From contig CAMORT010000002.1 in the NCBI GenBank assembly GCA_946624065.1, positions 10,542 to 74,541 on the forward strand: 64,000 nt of DNA, read 5' to 3'. This document shows positions 51,434-59,723 of the stretch, piece after piece. This DNA comes from an uncultured Bacteroidales bacterium. GTDB taxonomy: Bacteria > Bacteroidota > Bacteroidia > Bacteroidales > WCHB1-69. Each line of letters begins with the position of its first letter. The stretch's first letter is position 1. The notes under the pieces are model-generated. The model made no database searches. It was not told the origin of the DNA and saw only the letters and a program-made list of their open reading frames with translations. The translations under genes were made by a program, and so were the position numbers.

Positions 51434-52969
51434 CTATCCGTTGAACGGTTTGCCGTTCATATTGAACCACAAATCGATAACCTCTTTGGATTTCTTTTCT
51501 TGGATGGTGACTTTGTATAAATTCAATTTTTCGGCAATGCGCTTAACACTGTAATAATCAAGCACTTTGCAACCTTTGTGTTCTTTTTTGAGGAAGCTTT
51601 GGATAGTAGCGGAAAGGTTCTCGGGTTTGCCTTGCAGGCGGGTTTCCACAATGTTTCCAATAGGACTGATGATGCAGATTTCCTTGCCGCGAGCGCTGTA
51701 GTAGTGCGCTTCGTAATTCATGTCGTCGTTGGTCACCCATTCCGCATTCGTAACCCGCGGATATTTCAATTTGAAAACAGCTTGGATGTTTTCGGGAATG
51801 TCGGCGGCGCTGTTTTTCTTCTCGTCCAGCGACATGTTCATTTTAGCGTAGTATTTGTCCAGTTGGTCTTTCTCGTTACCTTTGATGTCGGAGGATACCA
51901 TTTCGGGATTCGCATCAATTGTACGCAGCAGTTTGCCGGTTTTGTCGAAGATAACCGTAGTGGGAATTTTGGCCTTGTAGTTGGCTTTCTCATAAAATTC
52001 CACCAGTGTTTTGTCGTTCTTGTCGGCTCTCGTCTCCTTGATAGCGGTTTTGAATTTGAATCCTTTATAGAAATCGTTGAGGTGCTTCAGCATCGGACCG
52101 GTTACTGCCTCTTCGGGGAGGGCGGTTATCGTTTTATCCCAAACACCCTCTTTGGAGAAATAGGCGGCTGTGGTTCTATCGGCATTGACGCATTTGGCAA
52201 CATATTGGTTGTCAATCTCATACCAATTCAAATCTTGAGGATGCAATACTTTTTTCACCAGAGCTTTCTTGACTGTTTCGGGAACTTCGGATTCATTTAT
52301 AGCCACATTGCCCTGTTCATCCGTAACCACAGGCTCGGGTTTGACTTTCTCTGGCTTTTCCGGTTTCTCCTTTTCCGGTTTTGCAGGTTTCGGTTCTGCC
52401 TTCACTGGAGCGGGTTTCTCGGTTTTCTTGGGTTCCGCATTCTGCTTCGGCGGATTGTTTTCCGCTATTTTTTCCTCCTTGGGTTCCACAGGATTTTTGA
52501 AGTTGTCGGGATCCGTGCGGGAGAGGAGTTCGCCTTTGTCACTGAAGGAAAGTTGCGAGGGTTTGAAACCGATGCCCTCTTGCTTCACCTCCACCATGTA
52601 GTGCAACGGAGCGTTTTCCTGCTCTTCCAAGAAGGAATTGCTAATGACGAAGTCGGGATAATTGGCTTTCACATATTCAGTGATGACAGACGGAAGCTCG
52701 TCTTTTTTGATGTCGTAGGTGGTTCGAATCCACTCGCCACCGGGCGAAATGTACGCTTTCCCAACGGAACCCTCATCCTTGAATGTGGCAATATAAACGC
52801 CAGATTCAAGCTGCCATGCGGAAACTTTCACATACGGATATTGGAAATCCATAGCTTGTGAAACCTCGGAAGGCACGTCTGCCGGCTTTATTTTTTGCGC
52901 AAACGATACGGGCAATGCAAGGAGTTGCATCGCAAATAAAATGACCGCTAATTTTACAAAATTCTTCAT
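51434..52969 (-). CDS. Secreted PepSY-like (putative beta-lactamase-inhibitor-like, DUF2874-type) repeat protein with a Lys/Pro/Glu linker
   Basis: 511 aa with signal peptide MKNFVKLAVILFAMQLLALPVSFAQ. Recurrent modules of the type VP..V......YP...V..W......YEA.F. Central linker PKKTEKPAPVKAEPKPAKPEKEKPEKPEKVKPEP. The family call rests on pattern only. Confidence 0.7.
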   Translation of the reverse strand: MKNFVKLAVILFAMQLLALPVSFAQKIKPADVPSEVSQAMDFQYPYVKVSAWQLESGVYIATFKDEGSVGKAYISPGGEWIRTTYDIKKDELPSVITEYVKANYPDFVISNSFLEEQENAPLHYMVEVKQEGIGFKPSQLSFSDKGELLSRTDPDNFKNPVEPKEEKIAENNPPKQNAEPKKTEKPAPVKAEPKPAKPEKEKPEKPEKVKPEPVVTDEQGNVAINESEVPETVKKALVKKVLHPQDLNWYEIDNQYVAKCVNADRTTAAYFSKEGVWDKTITALPEEAVTGPMLKHLNDFYKGFKFKTAIKETRADKNDKTLVEFYEKANYKAKIPTTVIFDKTGKLLRTIDANPEMVSSDIKGNEKDQLDKYYAKMNMSLDEKKNSAADIPENIQAVFKLKYPRVTNAEWVTNDDMNYEAHYYSARGKEICIISPIGNIVETRLQGKPENLSATIQSFLKKEHKGCKVLDYYSVKRIAEKLNLYKVTIQEKKSKEVIDLWFNMNGKPFNG

Positions 52970-52995
52970 AAAAACCTTTTATTAAAAACGAGGGA

Positions 52996-53003
52996 CAAAG
53001 ATA
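52996..53003 (-). promoter_or_regulatory. -7 promoter box (TATCTTTG) for the 52969-44297 gene string
   Basis: The minus strand reads ATACTATCTTTGTCCC. Confidence 0.5.
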
Positions 53004-53014
53004 GTATTTTTTTG

Positions 53015-53022
53015 TACTTTTG
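53015..53022 (+). promoter_or_regulatory. -7 promoter box (TACTTTTG) for the MORN-repeat gene
   Basis: TTTGTACTTTTGCCCC. It supports the start at 53044. Confidence 0.5.
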
Positions 53023-53043
53023 CCCCTCCTAAAAATTGATTTT

Positions 53044-54363
53044 ATGAAGAAGATAACATTTTTCGTTTTTTGCCTTCTGACAACACTCCTTCTCGGGGCC
53101 CAGGATACGGTGAAAACCTATTGGAGCAACAACAAACTGATGTCTGCTGGCGTGGAATCCAAAGGTTTGGAACAGGGACATTGGATCTATTATCACAACA
53201 ATGGAGTGAAATGGACGGAAGGTGATTATAAGGATGGAAAGAAGGTTGGCGTTTGGAAAGTGTGGTATGAGGATAGGAAACTGGCCCAGGAGTACAATGC
53301 CCAAAACGGACCGTTCAAAAGTTGGTTCCGTTCAGGCCAAGTGGAAACGGAAGGGCAGTTCGCCGATGGAAAGCGTTCCGGAAAATGGACATTCTATCAC
53401 CCGAACGGCCGCCTCTTCAAAGAAGTGAATTATGTGGAAGACAGTGTGGACGGCCATGTGGTGGAATATTATGACGACGGCAGCAAATATTTTGAAGGCG
53501 ACTATACGAAAGGCGCACTCAACGGATACGCCTGCTGGTGGAGCCGTGACGGAAAGAAACAGATGGAAGGTTCTTCTGTGAATGACCTCCAGCAAGGGGA
53601 ATGGAAATACTATAATGACAAAGGCACCATAGGCAGCAAAGGCAGTTTTGACAAGGGCTTGCAGGTGGGCGAGTGGACCTATTATTACGATGATGGTTCA
53701 GTATGGAGAAAAGGGAATTATGTGGCCGGCAAGCGCGAGGGCTTGTGGAAAGCATGGTATGAGGACGGTAAACTGCAGCGCGAGGGACCTTTCAGCCAAG
53801 ATATGGAAAACGGATTTTGGAAAGCATATTTTCCGAACGGCAAAGTGCAGGACCAAGGCTATTTCAAAGACGCGCAAATGGATGGGGAATGGACTGGCTG
53901 GTATGAAAACGGCGCGCAGAAATACTGCATGCATTACAAAAGCGGCAAACTGAATGGTCTGTACCAATATTATTGGGAGGAAACAGGCAAACTTGCCCGC
54001 CAAGGGAATTATAAGGACAATCAGAAAAACGGGTATTGGAAAGAGTATGCCCAAAACGGAAAGATTTTGAAAGAAGGGAAATATGTGAATGACATGAAAC
54101 AAGGAAAATGGTCTTTCTACAATGTGTTGGAAAAGAAAGTTCGCGAGCAGAACTTCGTGAACGATGTTCAGGATGGCCCGTTCACGGAATACTATGATAA
54201 TGGTGTGAAACATTTTCAGGGGAGTTTTAAAGGCCGTCTGCGCGACGGGAAATGGTCGTGTTGGGGCCCCAACGGGAATTTGTACTACAGCGTTATCTTC
54301 TCCAAAGGAAAGAAAGTGAAGGAACTGTATGTTGCGGAACCGAAATCGGAACGTCCTTTCTAA
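53044..54363 (+). CDS. Secreted MORN-repeat-variant (YwqK-family) protein
   Basis: 439 aa from MKKITFFVFCLLTTLLLGAQ. At least 12 copies of the ~23-aa G.W..(W/Y)(Y/H).NG......G.Y..GK..G repeat. Confidence 0.85.
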   Translation: MKKITFFVFCLLTTLLLGAQDTVKTYWSNNKLMSAGVESKGLEQGHWIYYHNNGVKWTEGDYKDGKKVGVWKVWYEDRKLAQEYNAQNGPFKSWFRSGQVETEGQFADGKRSGKWTFYHPNGRLFKEVNYVEDSVDGHVVEYYDDGSKYFEGDYTKGALNGYACWWSRDGKKQMEGSSVNDLQQGEWKYYNDKGTIGSKGSFDKGLQVGEWTYYYDDGSVWRKGNYVAGKREGLWKAWYEDGKLQREGPFSQDMENGFWKAYFPNGKVQDQGYFKDAQMDGEWTGWYENGAQKYCMHYKSGKLNGLYQYYWEETGKLARQGNYKDNQKNGYWKEYAQNGKILKEGKYVNDMKQGKWSFYNVLEKKVREQNFVNDVQDGPFTEYYDNGVKHFQGSFKGRLRDGKWSCWGPNGNLYYSVIFSKGKKVKELYVAEPKSERPF

Positions 54364-54427
54364 CATGGGTAAAAAACGCATTTCACTAACAGATTTTATA
54401 CGGAATTTGACACAAAAGACGGGAAAC

Positions 54428-55060
54428 ATGACGATTCGCATTTTTCATTTCAACCCCATACAAGTGAATACTCTGGTGTTGCATGATGACACCGGCGAGG
54501 CGCTCATTGTTGATCCCGGCAATTGTCAGAGTTATGAGGATGCGCAACTCAAAGAATATGTGCTGACGCATCAGTTGAAGGTGGTTGGCATTGTGAACAC
54601 GCATCCGCATATTGATCATATAGCAGGCAACAACTGGTGTTCCCGTGAGTTCAACGCACCCGTGTGGTGTCATGAGGCCGGCATGCCCATTTATAACAAA
54701 TCATACGCTTACGCCATGGCGTTCGGACTCTCTGTGGACGACATGCCCGCACCTGCCAAGTTTCTCCATGAGGGCGACGAGGTGTGCTTCGGAGCACAAC
54801 GCCTGCAAGTGCTCTACACCCCAGGCCACTGCGACGGCAGTATCTCCCTGTATAGCGCCGCCGACAATTTCGTGATTTGCGGTGACCTTATTTTCGAGGG
54901 CAGCGTGGGGCGCAGCGACCTTCCCACTGGCAGCCACGCATTGCTGGTGCAGATGATACAGGAAAAAATATTCACCCTGCCCGAGGATACCGTCATCTAT
55001 CCCGGGCATGGACCGAACACCACCGTTGGTTACGAAAAAACACATAATCCATTTTTATAA
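54428..55060 (+). CDS. MBL-fold metallo-hydrolase (glyoxalase II-like)
   Basis: 210 aa from MTIRIFHFNPIQVNT. HxHxDH motif NTHPHIDHIAGN, plus TPGHCDGS. Confidence 0.85.
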   Translation: MTIRIFHFNPIQVNTLVLHDDTGEALIVDPGNCQSYEDAQLKEYVLTHQLKVVGIVNTHPHIDHIAGNNWCSREFNAPVWCHEAGMPIYNKSYAYAMAFGLSVDDMPAPAKFLHEGDEVCFGAQRLQVLYTPGHCDGSISLYSAADNFVICGDLIFEGSVGRSDLPTGSHALLVQMIQEKIFTLPEDTVIYPGHGPNTTVGYEKTHNPFL

Positions 55061-55066
55061 TATCGA

Positions 55067-55678
55067 ATGAAAATCACAGACTCTATCAACAACATTCCTA
55101 AACTTTCCGAATCGGAATTGCTTTCTCTGGCTGACAGTTACCAAAATATATTGCAGAATGTGGGAGAGGATCCCAAGCGCGAGGGACTTATCAAAACCCC
55201 TATGCGTGCGGCTAAATCACTGGACTTTCTGACGCACGGATACCGCCAGGATCCTAAAAAGATTTTGGAATCCGCTCTTTTTCACGAGGATTACAAACAA
55301 ATCGTCGTAGTGAAGGATATTGAGATTTACTCCCTTTGCGAACATCACTTGCTGCCGTTTTTCGGGAAAGCCCATATCGGTTATATTCCCAATGGCACTA
55401 TCGTGGGTTTGAGCAAAATACCCCGTGTGGTAGAGTGCTATGCCCGCCGCCTCCAACTGCAAGAGCGACTGACCACTCAGATCAAGGATTGCCTTCAGGA
55501 AGTGCTCAATCCGCTTGGCGTGGCTGTGGTGATTGAGGCGCAGCACCTTTGCATGTCCATGCGAGGTATCCAGAAACAGAACTCCGTGACCACCACATCC
55601 GAATTCACCGGTGCCTTCCTCAAAAACGAGAACACCCGTCAGGAATTCATGCACCTGATTGGGGCCAACCTCCACTAA
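55067..55678 (+). CDS. folE: GTP cyclohydrolase I (FolE)
   Basis: 203 aa. [20 protein letters not shown] and ...[11 protein letters not shown]. Confidence 0.94.
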   Translation: MKITDSINNIPKLSESELLSLADSYQNILQNVGEDPKREGLIKTPMRAAKSLDFLTHGYRQDPKKILESALFHEDYKQIVVVKDIEIYSLCEHHLLPFFGKAHIGYIPNGTIVGLSKIPRVVECYARRLQLQERLTTQIKDCLQEVLNPLGVAVVIEAQHLCMSMRGIQKQNSVTTTSEFTGAFLKNENTRQEFMHLIGANLH

Positions 55679-55902
55679 AGATACCTTCGCCTAAGTCGCT
55701 TGTTGCGGGGCTTGCGCTTCGCTATTTTGCGGAAATGCTCCGCCTGATACAGTATGGAGTCCTCACTGGCCTCCCCGACAATTTCTATTTTCTCGTCCTC
55801 AAGCGGTTCCTGGAGCAAACAGATGACCGTCTTTCCCACCCATGTGCGCGGTACGCATAATGTGACCGTGTCTGTTTTCGGATTCAAAATAAGTTTTTTC
55901 AT
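55675..55902 (-). CDS. Small hypothetical protein with a basic C-terminus (weak call)
   Basis: 75 aa from [26 protein letters not shown]...[14 protein letters not shown]. It converges on folE with a 4-nt overlap. No recognisable family or promoter box. Confidence 0.35.
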   Translation of the reverse strand: MKKLILNPKTDTVTLCVPRTWVGKTVICLLQEPLEDEKIEIVGEASEDSILYQAEHFRKIAKRKPRNKRLRRRYL

Positions 55903-56188
55903 GATTTTTGCATTTTTGTTTGAGTTGAGTTTTTGACAGCTCATTTTTACGAAAACTGCCTTGTTTTACTGCTTTTTGACCGATTCCTTAGGTTTTTTGT
56001 ATCGTTCTATGTCATTTTTCTCATATTGTTTTTAACACTTTGGTAATCAATGTGTTGTTTGTAAATATACATTTTTTATTCAGAGTGTTCCAATAAAATG
56101 ACATTTTATTAAAATGCTAAAAATCAACGATTTAATTAAAATGAAGCAAAAAAAGAAAAGGAGAGGTGTTTTGATATGAAAAAAAGTG

Positions 56189-56196
56189 TACTTTTG
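56189..56196 (+). promoter_or_regulatory. -7 promoter box (TACTTTTG) for tRNA-Lys
   Basis: GTGTACTTTTGCAACC, 24 nt upstream of the tRNA 5' end. Confidence 0.55.
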
Positions 56197-56219
56197 CAAC
56201 CTCAAACAATGAGAAGGAT

Positions 56220-56295
56220 GTCCCAGTAGCTCAGCAGGTAGAGCACATCCCTTTTAAGGATGGGGTCCTGGGTTCGAATCCCAGCTGAGACACCA
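56220..56295 (+). tRNA. tRNA-Lys (UUU), CCA encoded
   Basis: GTCCCAG-TA-GCTC-AGCAGGTA-GAGC-A-CATCC-CTTTTAA-GGATG-GGGTC-CTGGG-TTCGAAT-CCCAG-CTGAGAC-A-CCA. It forms a good cloverleaf with one C4:A69 mismatch in the acceptor stem. Confidence 0.88.
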
Positions 56296-56296
56296 G

Positions 56297-56327
56297 AAGA
56301 CCGAGTGCAAACTCGGTCTTTTTTTTT
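56297..56327 (+). terminator. Intrinsic terminator after tRNA-Lys
   Basis: AAGACCGAGT-GCAA-ACTCGGTCTT followed by T7. Confidence 0.85.
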
Positions 56328-56328
56328 G

Positions 56329-56336
56329 TACCTTTG
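56329..56336 (+). promoter_or_regulatory. -7 promoter box (TACCTTTG) for the kinase-RapZ fusion gene
   Basis: TTTGTACCTTTGCAAC. It overlaps the ORF-track Met at 56334 and so supports the start at 56364. Confidence 0.55.
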
Positions 56337-56363
56337 CAACTGAAAAACCATACCTGTCCACTT

Positions 56364-57800
56364 ATGAATATATCCCATCAGCAGATTCTCTCCCAAATGG
56401 CGGCTGAGTACACCCGTCAGGAGGTTGTGCGCTGCGAACCGCTTGCGCAATCCGGCTCGCACCGGCAGTATTTCCGTGTCCATCTGCAAAACGGCAACAC
56501 CCTCATTGGCGCTTATAATGATGATGTGGCGGAAAATGTCGCCTTTTTCACCTATACTCGCTTCTTCACCGATTGCGGTTTTGCTGTACCCGAACTGTTT
56601 CTGGTTAATCCTGACCAACAGCATTACCTGCAAAGCGACTTGGGAGCCACAACCTTGTATGATTACCGCATGGCACATCGTCGCGATGACGGCACACCTT
56701 CCGATGACACCGTTGCCTATTACGAAAAAGTGGTGCGCGCTCTTCCCGCATTGCAATTGTCCGCCAAAAAGGGACTCGATTTTTCAGTGGCGTACCCTCG
56801 CGCCGCCTTCGACCGTCAGTCGATGCATTGGGATCTCAACTATTTCAAGTATTATTTCTTAAAATTAGTTAATGTTCCCTTCAACGAGCAACTTCTGGAA
56901 GATGATTTCAACAAACTGATGGAGTATCTTCTAACGGCGGAAAGTGAATTCTTCCTCTATCGGGATTTTCAATCCCGAAATATCATGGTAAAGGATGATG
57001 AGGTTTATTTTATTGATTATCAAGGAGGAAGAAGGGGCGCGCTGCAATATGATGTGGCTTCTTTGCTGTATGATGCCAAGGCGGATCTTACCCCTGAGTT
57101 GAGAGAGCGTCTTCTTAACATTTATTTGGATACCCTTGCCGAATATATGCCTGTGGACAGGAAAGAATTCATTTCTTATTTTCAGGGTTTTGTGCTGATT
57201 CGCATTATGCAGGCGATGGGCGCATACGGTTACAGGGGCTATTTTGAGCGTAAAAGTCATTTTTTGCTCAGTGTACCCTATGCTGTGCGCAATCTTAAAA
57301 GCATTTTGGACAGTTGGTCGCTGCCTATCCAGTTGCCGGAATTGACAAAAGCGCTACATTTCATTATCAACTCGGATTTTGTGAAGCCCTATCAGCCGGG
57401 TGAGCGATTAACCGTGTTGGTGCAGAGTTTCTCGTTCAAGAAATCCATTCCGCAAGATCCTTCGCCTAACGGCGGTGGGTTTGTGTTTGACTGTCGCGCA
57501 TTGCCCAACCCCGGACGCGAAAAACGCTTTGCACACAATACAGGACAAGATGCTTGCATCGTGGAGTATTTAGAGCAATATCCTGTCGTAGAGGAGTTTA
57601 AGAAACATGTGTTTGCTATTGTGGACCAGGCGGTGGACAATTACCTGGAGCGCCGTTTCGATCATTTGATGGTCAGTTTCGGGTGCACTGGCGGCCAGCA
57701 CCGTTCGGTTTATTTCGCCGAACAAACGGCCAAACATATTCGCGAAAAGTATCCCGCCGTGAATGTGGTGCTACGCCATACTGAGCAGGAGGGCAACTAG
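56364..57800 (+). CDS. Fusion protein: N-terminal APH/AmgK-like phosphotransferase domain + C-terminal RapZ (YhbJ)-like C-terminal domain
   Basis: 478 aa. The kinase-like core reads FFLYRDFQSRNIMV...VYFIDYQGGRRGALQYDVASLLYDA. The C-terminal ~130 aa read LTVLVQSFSFKKSIPQD...GFVFDCRALPNPG...NTGQD...VSFGCTGGQHRSVYFAEQ, colinear with the RapZ C-terminal domain motifs. Confidence 0.85.
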   Translation: MNISHQQILSQMAAEYTRQEVVRCEPLAQSGSHRQYFRVHLQNGNTLIGAYNDDVAENVAFFTYTRFFTDCGFAVPELFLVNPDQQHYLQSDLGATTLYDYRMAHRRDDGTPSDDTVAYYEKVVRALPALQLSAKKGLDFSVAYPRAAFDRQSMHWDLNYFKYYFLKLVNVPFNEQLLEDDFNKLMEYLLTAESEFFLYRDFQSRNIMVKDDEVYFIDYQGGRRGALQYDVASLLYDAKADLTPELRERLLNIYLDTLAEYMPVDRKEFISYFQGFVLIRIMQAMGAYGYRGYFERKSHFLLSVPYAVRNLKSILDSWSLPIQLPELTKALHFIINSDFVKPYQPGERLTVLVQSFSFKKSIPQDPSPNGGGFVFDCRALPNPGREKRFAHNTGQDACIVEYLEQYPVVEEFKKHVFAIVDQAVDNYLERRFDHLMVSFGCTGGQHRSVYFAEQTAKHIREKYPAVNVVLRHTEQEGN

Positions 57801-57817
57801 GTTCTATGTTCTAAAAA

Positions 57818-59557
57818 TCAGAACACCAAAGTTTTAAATACTCTTTCTTTTTTCTCTTGACGCACTTTTACCAAATAAATGCCGTCGTTCCAGCGGTCGG
57901 TGGGGATGTCAAGCGTCTCTTCCGCACTTTGGGTTTGGTAGAGCATTTGTCCTGCAACTGAATAGACTTCCACTTGCACATTTTTGCCGGTCTCGTTCCG
58001 AATGGATAAGATGCCGTTGGTGACGGGATTTTGAGATAGAGTGACGGGCAGATACTCGTAATCTTCCACACCACCATATATTCTGACTTCCACCACCCAG
58101 TCTTTGGTAGTGCCGTCAGGTGTGGTTACTGTATAGGTCACCGGGAACCATAAATTCACGACCTCTTCAGAATTAGGTGTACAAGACACTCCCACAGGAA
58201 GCGTGATGGTGGGTTGAATGTGAGAAAGATCGGGAACCACACAACCGAATTCATAATAGAGGGTGTCTCCATATTCGGAGAAAGAAAACACAAAATCCTC
58301 ATCAAAGTTCGTGATTTGTGGATTTAAACTTAACAGGATCCTGTAATCCAAAATGTCCGGATTCAACTCCATAATGGGCTCGAAAGTCACCAATCCGTAG
58401 CTGTTGTTGTCCGGCTGGTGATAAATCACATCCTCCGCGTGAGAAGCATCATTACCACCCCAGTAGTTGCCGATGGCACTCATGTTGCAACTGGAATTGT
58501 TGTAAAGTTCATACTCCACATTGTTATTCCCGTTGTCATAAAGAATATTTCCACCCGGATCTTCAACGGTGCCCATGTCAATATTGTGGTTGTAAATGGC
58601 GGTAATGCCCCACAAATTACCATGGATGAGGTTTCGACGGATTTTGGCACCGCAAGAGGTGGTTGATCCGTATATGCTGATAGCACTTCCACCATTGTTA
58701 GGGTTTGTTTCCAAGTTGTTGTTTCGGATGATATTGTCTTGTATGATGGCATGAATATTTGTGCCGTTTTGCGTATATCCGTATCGGTTGTGTTCAATCA
58801 CATTGTTAGAAACCAGCAATAAGGTGTTGCTAGCGCCCATATTCATGATGCCGATGCCGCCTGACATGGTTTGCGCCACGCCTTCAATATGGTTGCCTAC
58901 AATATAAATGGTATCGGCGCCACCTGCCCCTAAGTTGATTTGTGGCACATTGGCGTTGCTTAAATCATTGTTATAGAAAATGTTATTTAAAATTTTTGGA
59001 GAGCTGGTTGTGTTCACAGCCGATGCGATGGCCGCTTTCTGGTTGTCGTGGAAATAACAGTTTTGAATGGTTGGATTACAGTTCATGATGTTGATAACCG
59101 CATCACTGAAATGGGTGAATTCACAATTGTCAAACTCAACCTGAACGGGATTTAACAATTGGATATGTTGTCCGTATTGAAAGTCAACATTGGAAAAATA
59201 GCCCGAGGCGGCATTTCCCAAGCAGAGCGTGAAAAAGGATGTACCCGTGGAATCGCCGGTGATAGAGAGAGGGTTGACACGGGGTTCGGTCATGATGGCA
59301 CCGTTGATGGTTATGGTAATACCATCATCAATCTGAATACCAGTAGCATTGCCTTCCAAAAATAAGATATCGTTGGCGGAAATGGTGATGTCCTGATGAA
59401 TTTGATAATAACCGTTTTGCGAAATGCTGACTGCCCCATATGCAGCTACGCATAATGAGGACAAATTATAATTCGTGCCGTTGCCCGGACTCACCCATTG
59501 GCCGGAAGCGGTAATGGAAACGATGGTTGCGACTAAAAGGCATATAATTCTTTTCAT
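57818..59557 (-). CDS. Secreted right-handed parallel beta-helix repeat protein with a T9SS C-terminal sorting domain
   Basis: 579 aa with a signal peptide. It has Asn-rich ~22-aa turns (NNIFYNN, VSNNVIEHN, IIRNNNL, IHGN). The CTD reads ...VTLSQNPVTNGILSIRNETGKNVQVEVYSVAGQMLY...DGIYLVKVRQEKKERVFKTLVF. Confidence 0.8.
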   Translation of the reverse strand: MKRIICLLVATIVSITASGQWVSPGNGTNYNLSSLCVAAYGAVSISQNGYYQIHQDITISANDILFLEGNATGIQIDDGITITINGAIMTEPRVNPLSITGDSTGTSFFTLCLGNAASGYFSNVDFQYGQHIQLLNPVQVEFDNCEFTHFSDAVINIMNCNPTIQNCYFHDNQKAAIASAVNTTSSPKILNNIFYNNDLSNANVPQINLGAGGADTIYIVGNHIEGVAQTMSGGIGIMNMGASNTLLLVSNNVIEHNRYGYTQNGTNIHAIIQDNIIRNNNLETNPNNGGSAISIYGSTTSCGAKIRRNLIHGNLWGITAIYNHNIDMGTVEDPGGNILYDNGNNNVEYELYNNSSCNMSAIGNYWGGNDASHAEDVIYHQPDNNSYGLVTFEPIMELNPDILDYRILLSLNPQITNFDEDFVFSFSEYGDTLYYEFGCVVPDLSHIQPTITLPVGVSCTPNSEEVVNLWFPVTYTVTTPDGTTKDWVVEVRIYGGVEDYEYLPVTLSQNPVTNGILSIRNETGKNVQVEVYSVAGQMLYQTQSAEETLDIPTDRWNDGIYLVKVRQEKKERVFKTLVF

Positions 59558-59591
59558 ATTTGATTTTTTGATGATACGTGTTTTGATTTCG

Positions 59592-59599
59592 CAAAACTA
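59592..59599 (-). promoter_or_regulatory. -7 promoter box (TAGTTTTG) for the beta-helix gene
   Basis: The minus strand reads TTATAGTTTTGCGAA. Confidence 0.45.
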
Positions 59600-59621
59600 T
59601 AAAAAATATTTAACTCATAAT

Positions 59622-59629
59622 TATTTTTG
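59622..59629 (+). promoter_or_regulatory. -7 promoter box (TATTTTTG) for grpE-dnaJ
   Basis: AATTATTTTTGGCAA. It implies a leader of about 90 nt. Confidence 0.45.
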
Positions 59630-59723
59630 GCAAATTATTTGCAAGCAAAGTATTTGGCGGTTGTGCGGAATGTGCGACCGCTGTACTTGCGTGGATTGTT
59701 AAATAATTATAAATAAGTGTTTT

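Noticed and set aside
51578-52861. Very long antisense ORFs. Examples: 427 aa at 51578-52861, 325 aa at 19646-20623, 298 aa at 60617-61513, 289 aa at 23657-24526, 274 aa at 22154-22978, 248 aa at 34503-35249 and 50698-51444.
   Set aside because: Each lies fully inside, and antisense to, a gene with clear family motifs or a signal peptide (PepSY-like protein, C69 dipeptidase, DnaJ, and so on). Their translations are low-complexity (G/V/H/F-rich) with no motifs, and they lack TAnnTTTG boxes. They are typical shadow ORFs created by the codon bias of the real gene.
53044-54363. A YwqK-family 'antitoxin', hence a possible toxin-antitoxin or defence locus.
   Set aside because: The protein has a signal peptide and is simply a long array of MORN-variant repeats. 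No toxin-like gene is adjacent, since the neighbours are an MBL hydrolase and folE. The 'antitoxin' label of this family does not apply here.
59630-59723. A CIRCE/HrcA operator or ROSE-type thermometer in the grpE-dnaJ leader.
   Set aside because: No TTAGCACTC-N9-GAGTGCTAA-like inverted repeat is present. Only short, imperfect stems (GCAAG/CTTGC, GCGGT/ACCGC) can be drawn, which is not enough to call a regulatory RNA.
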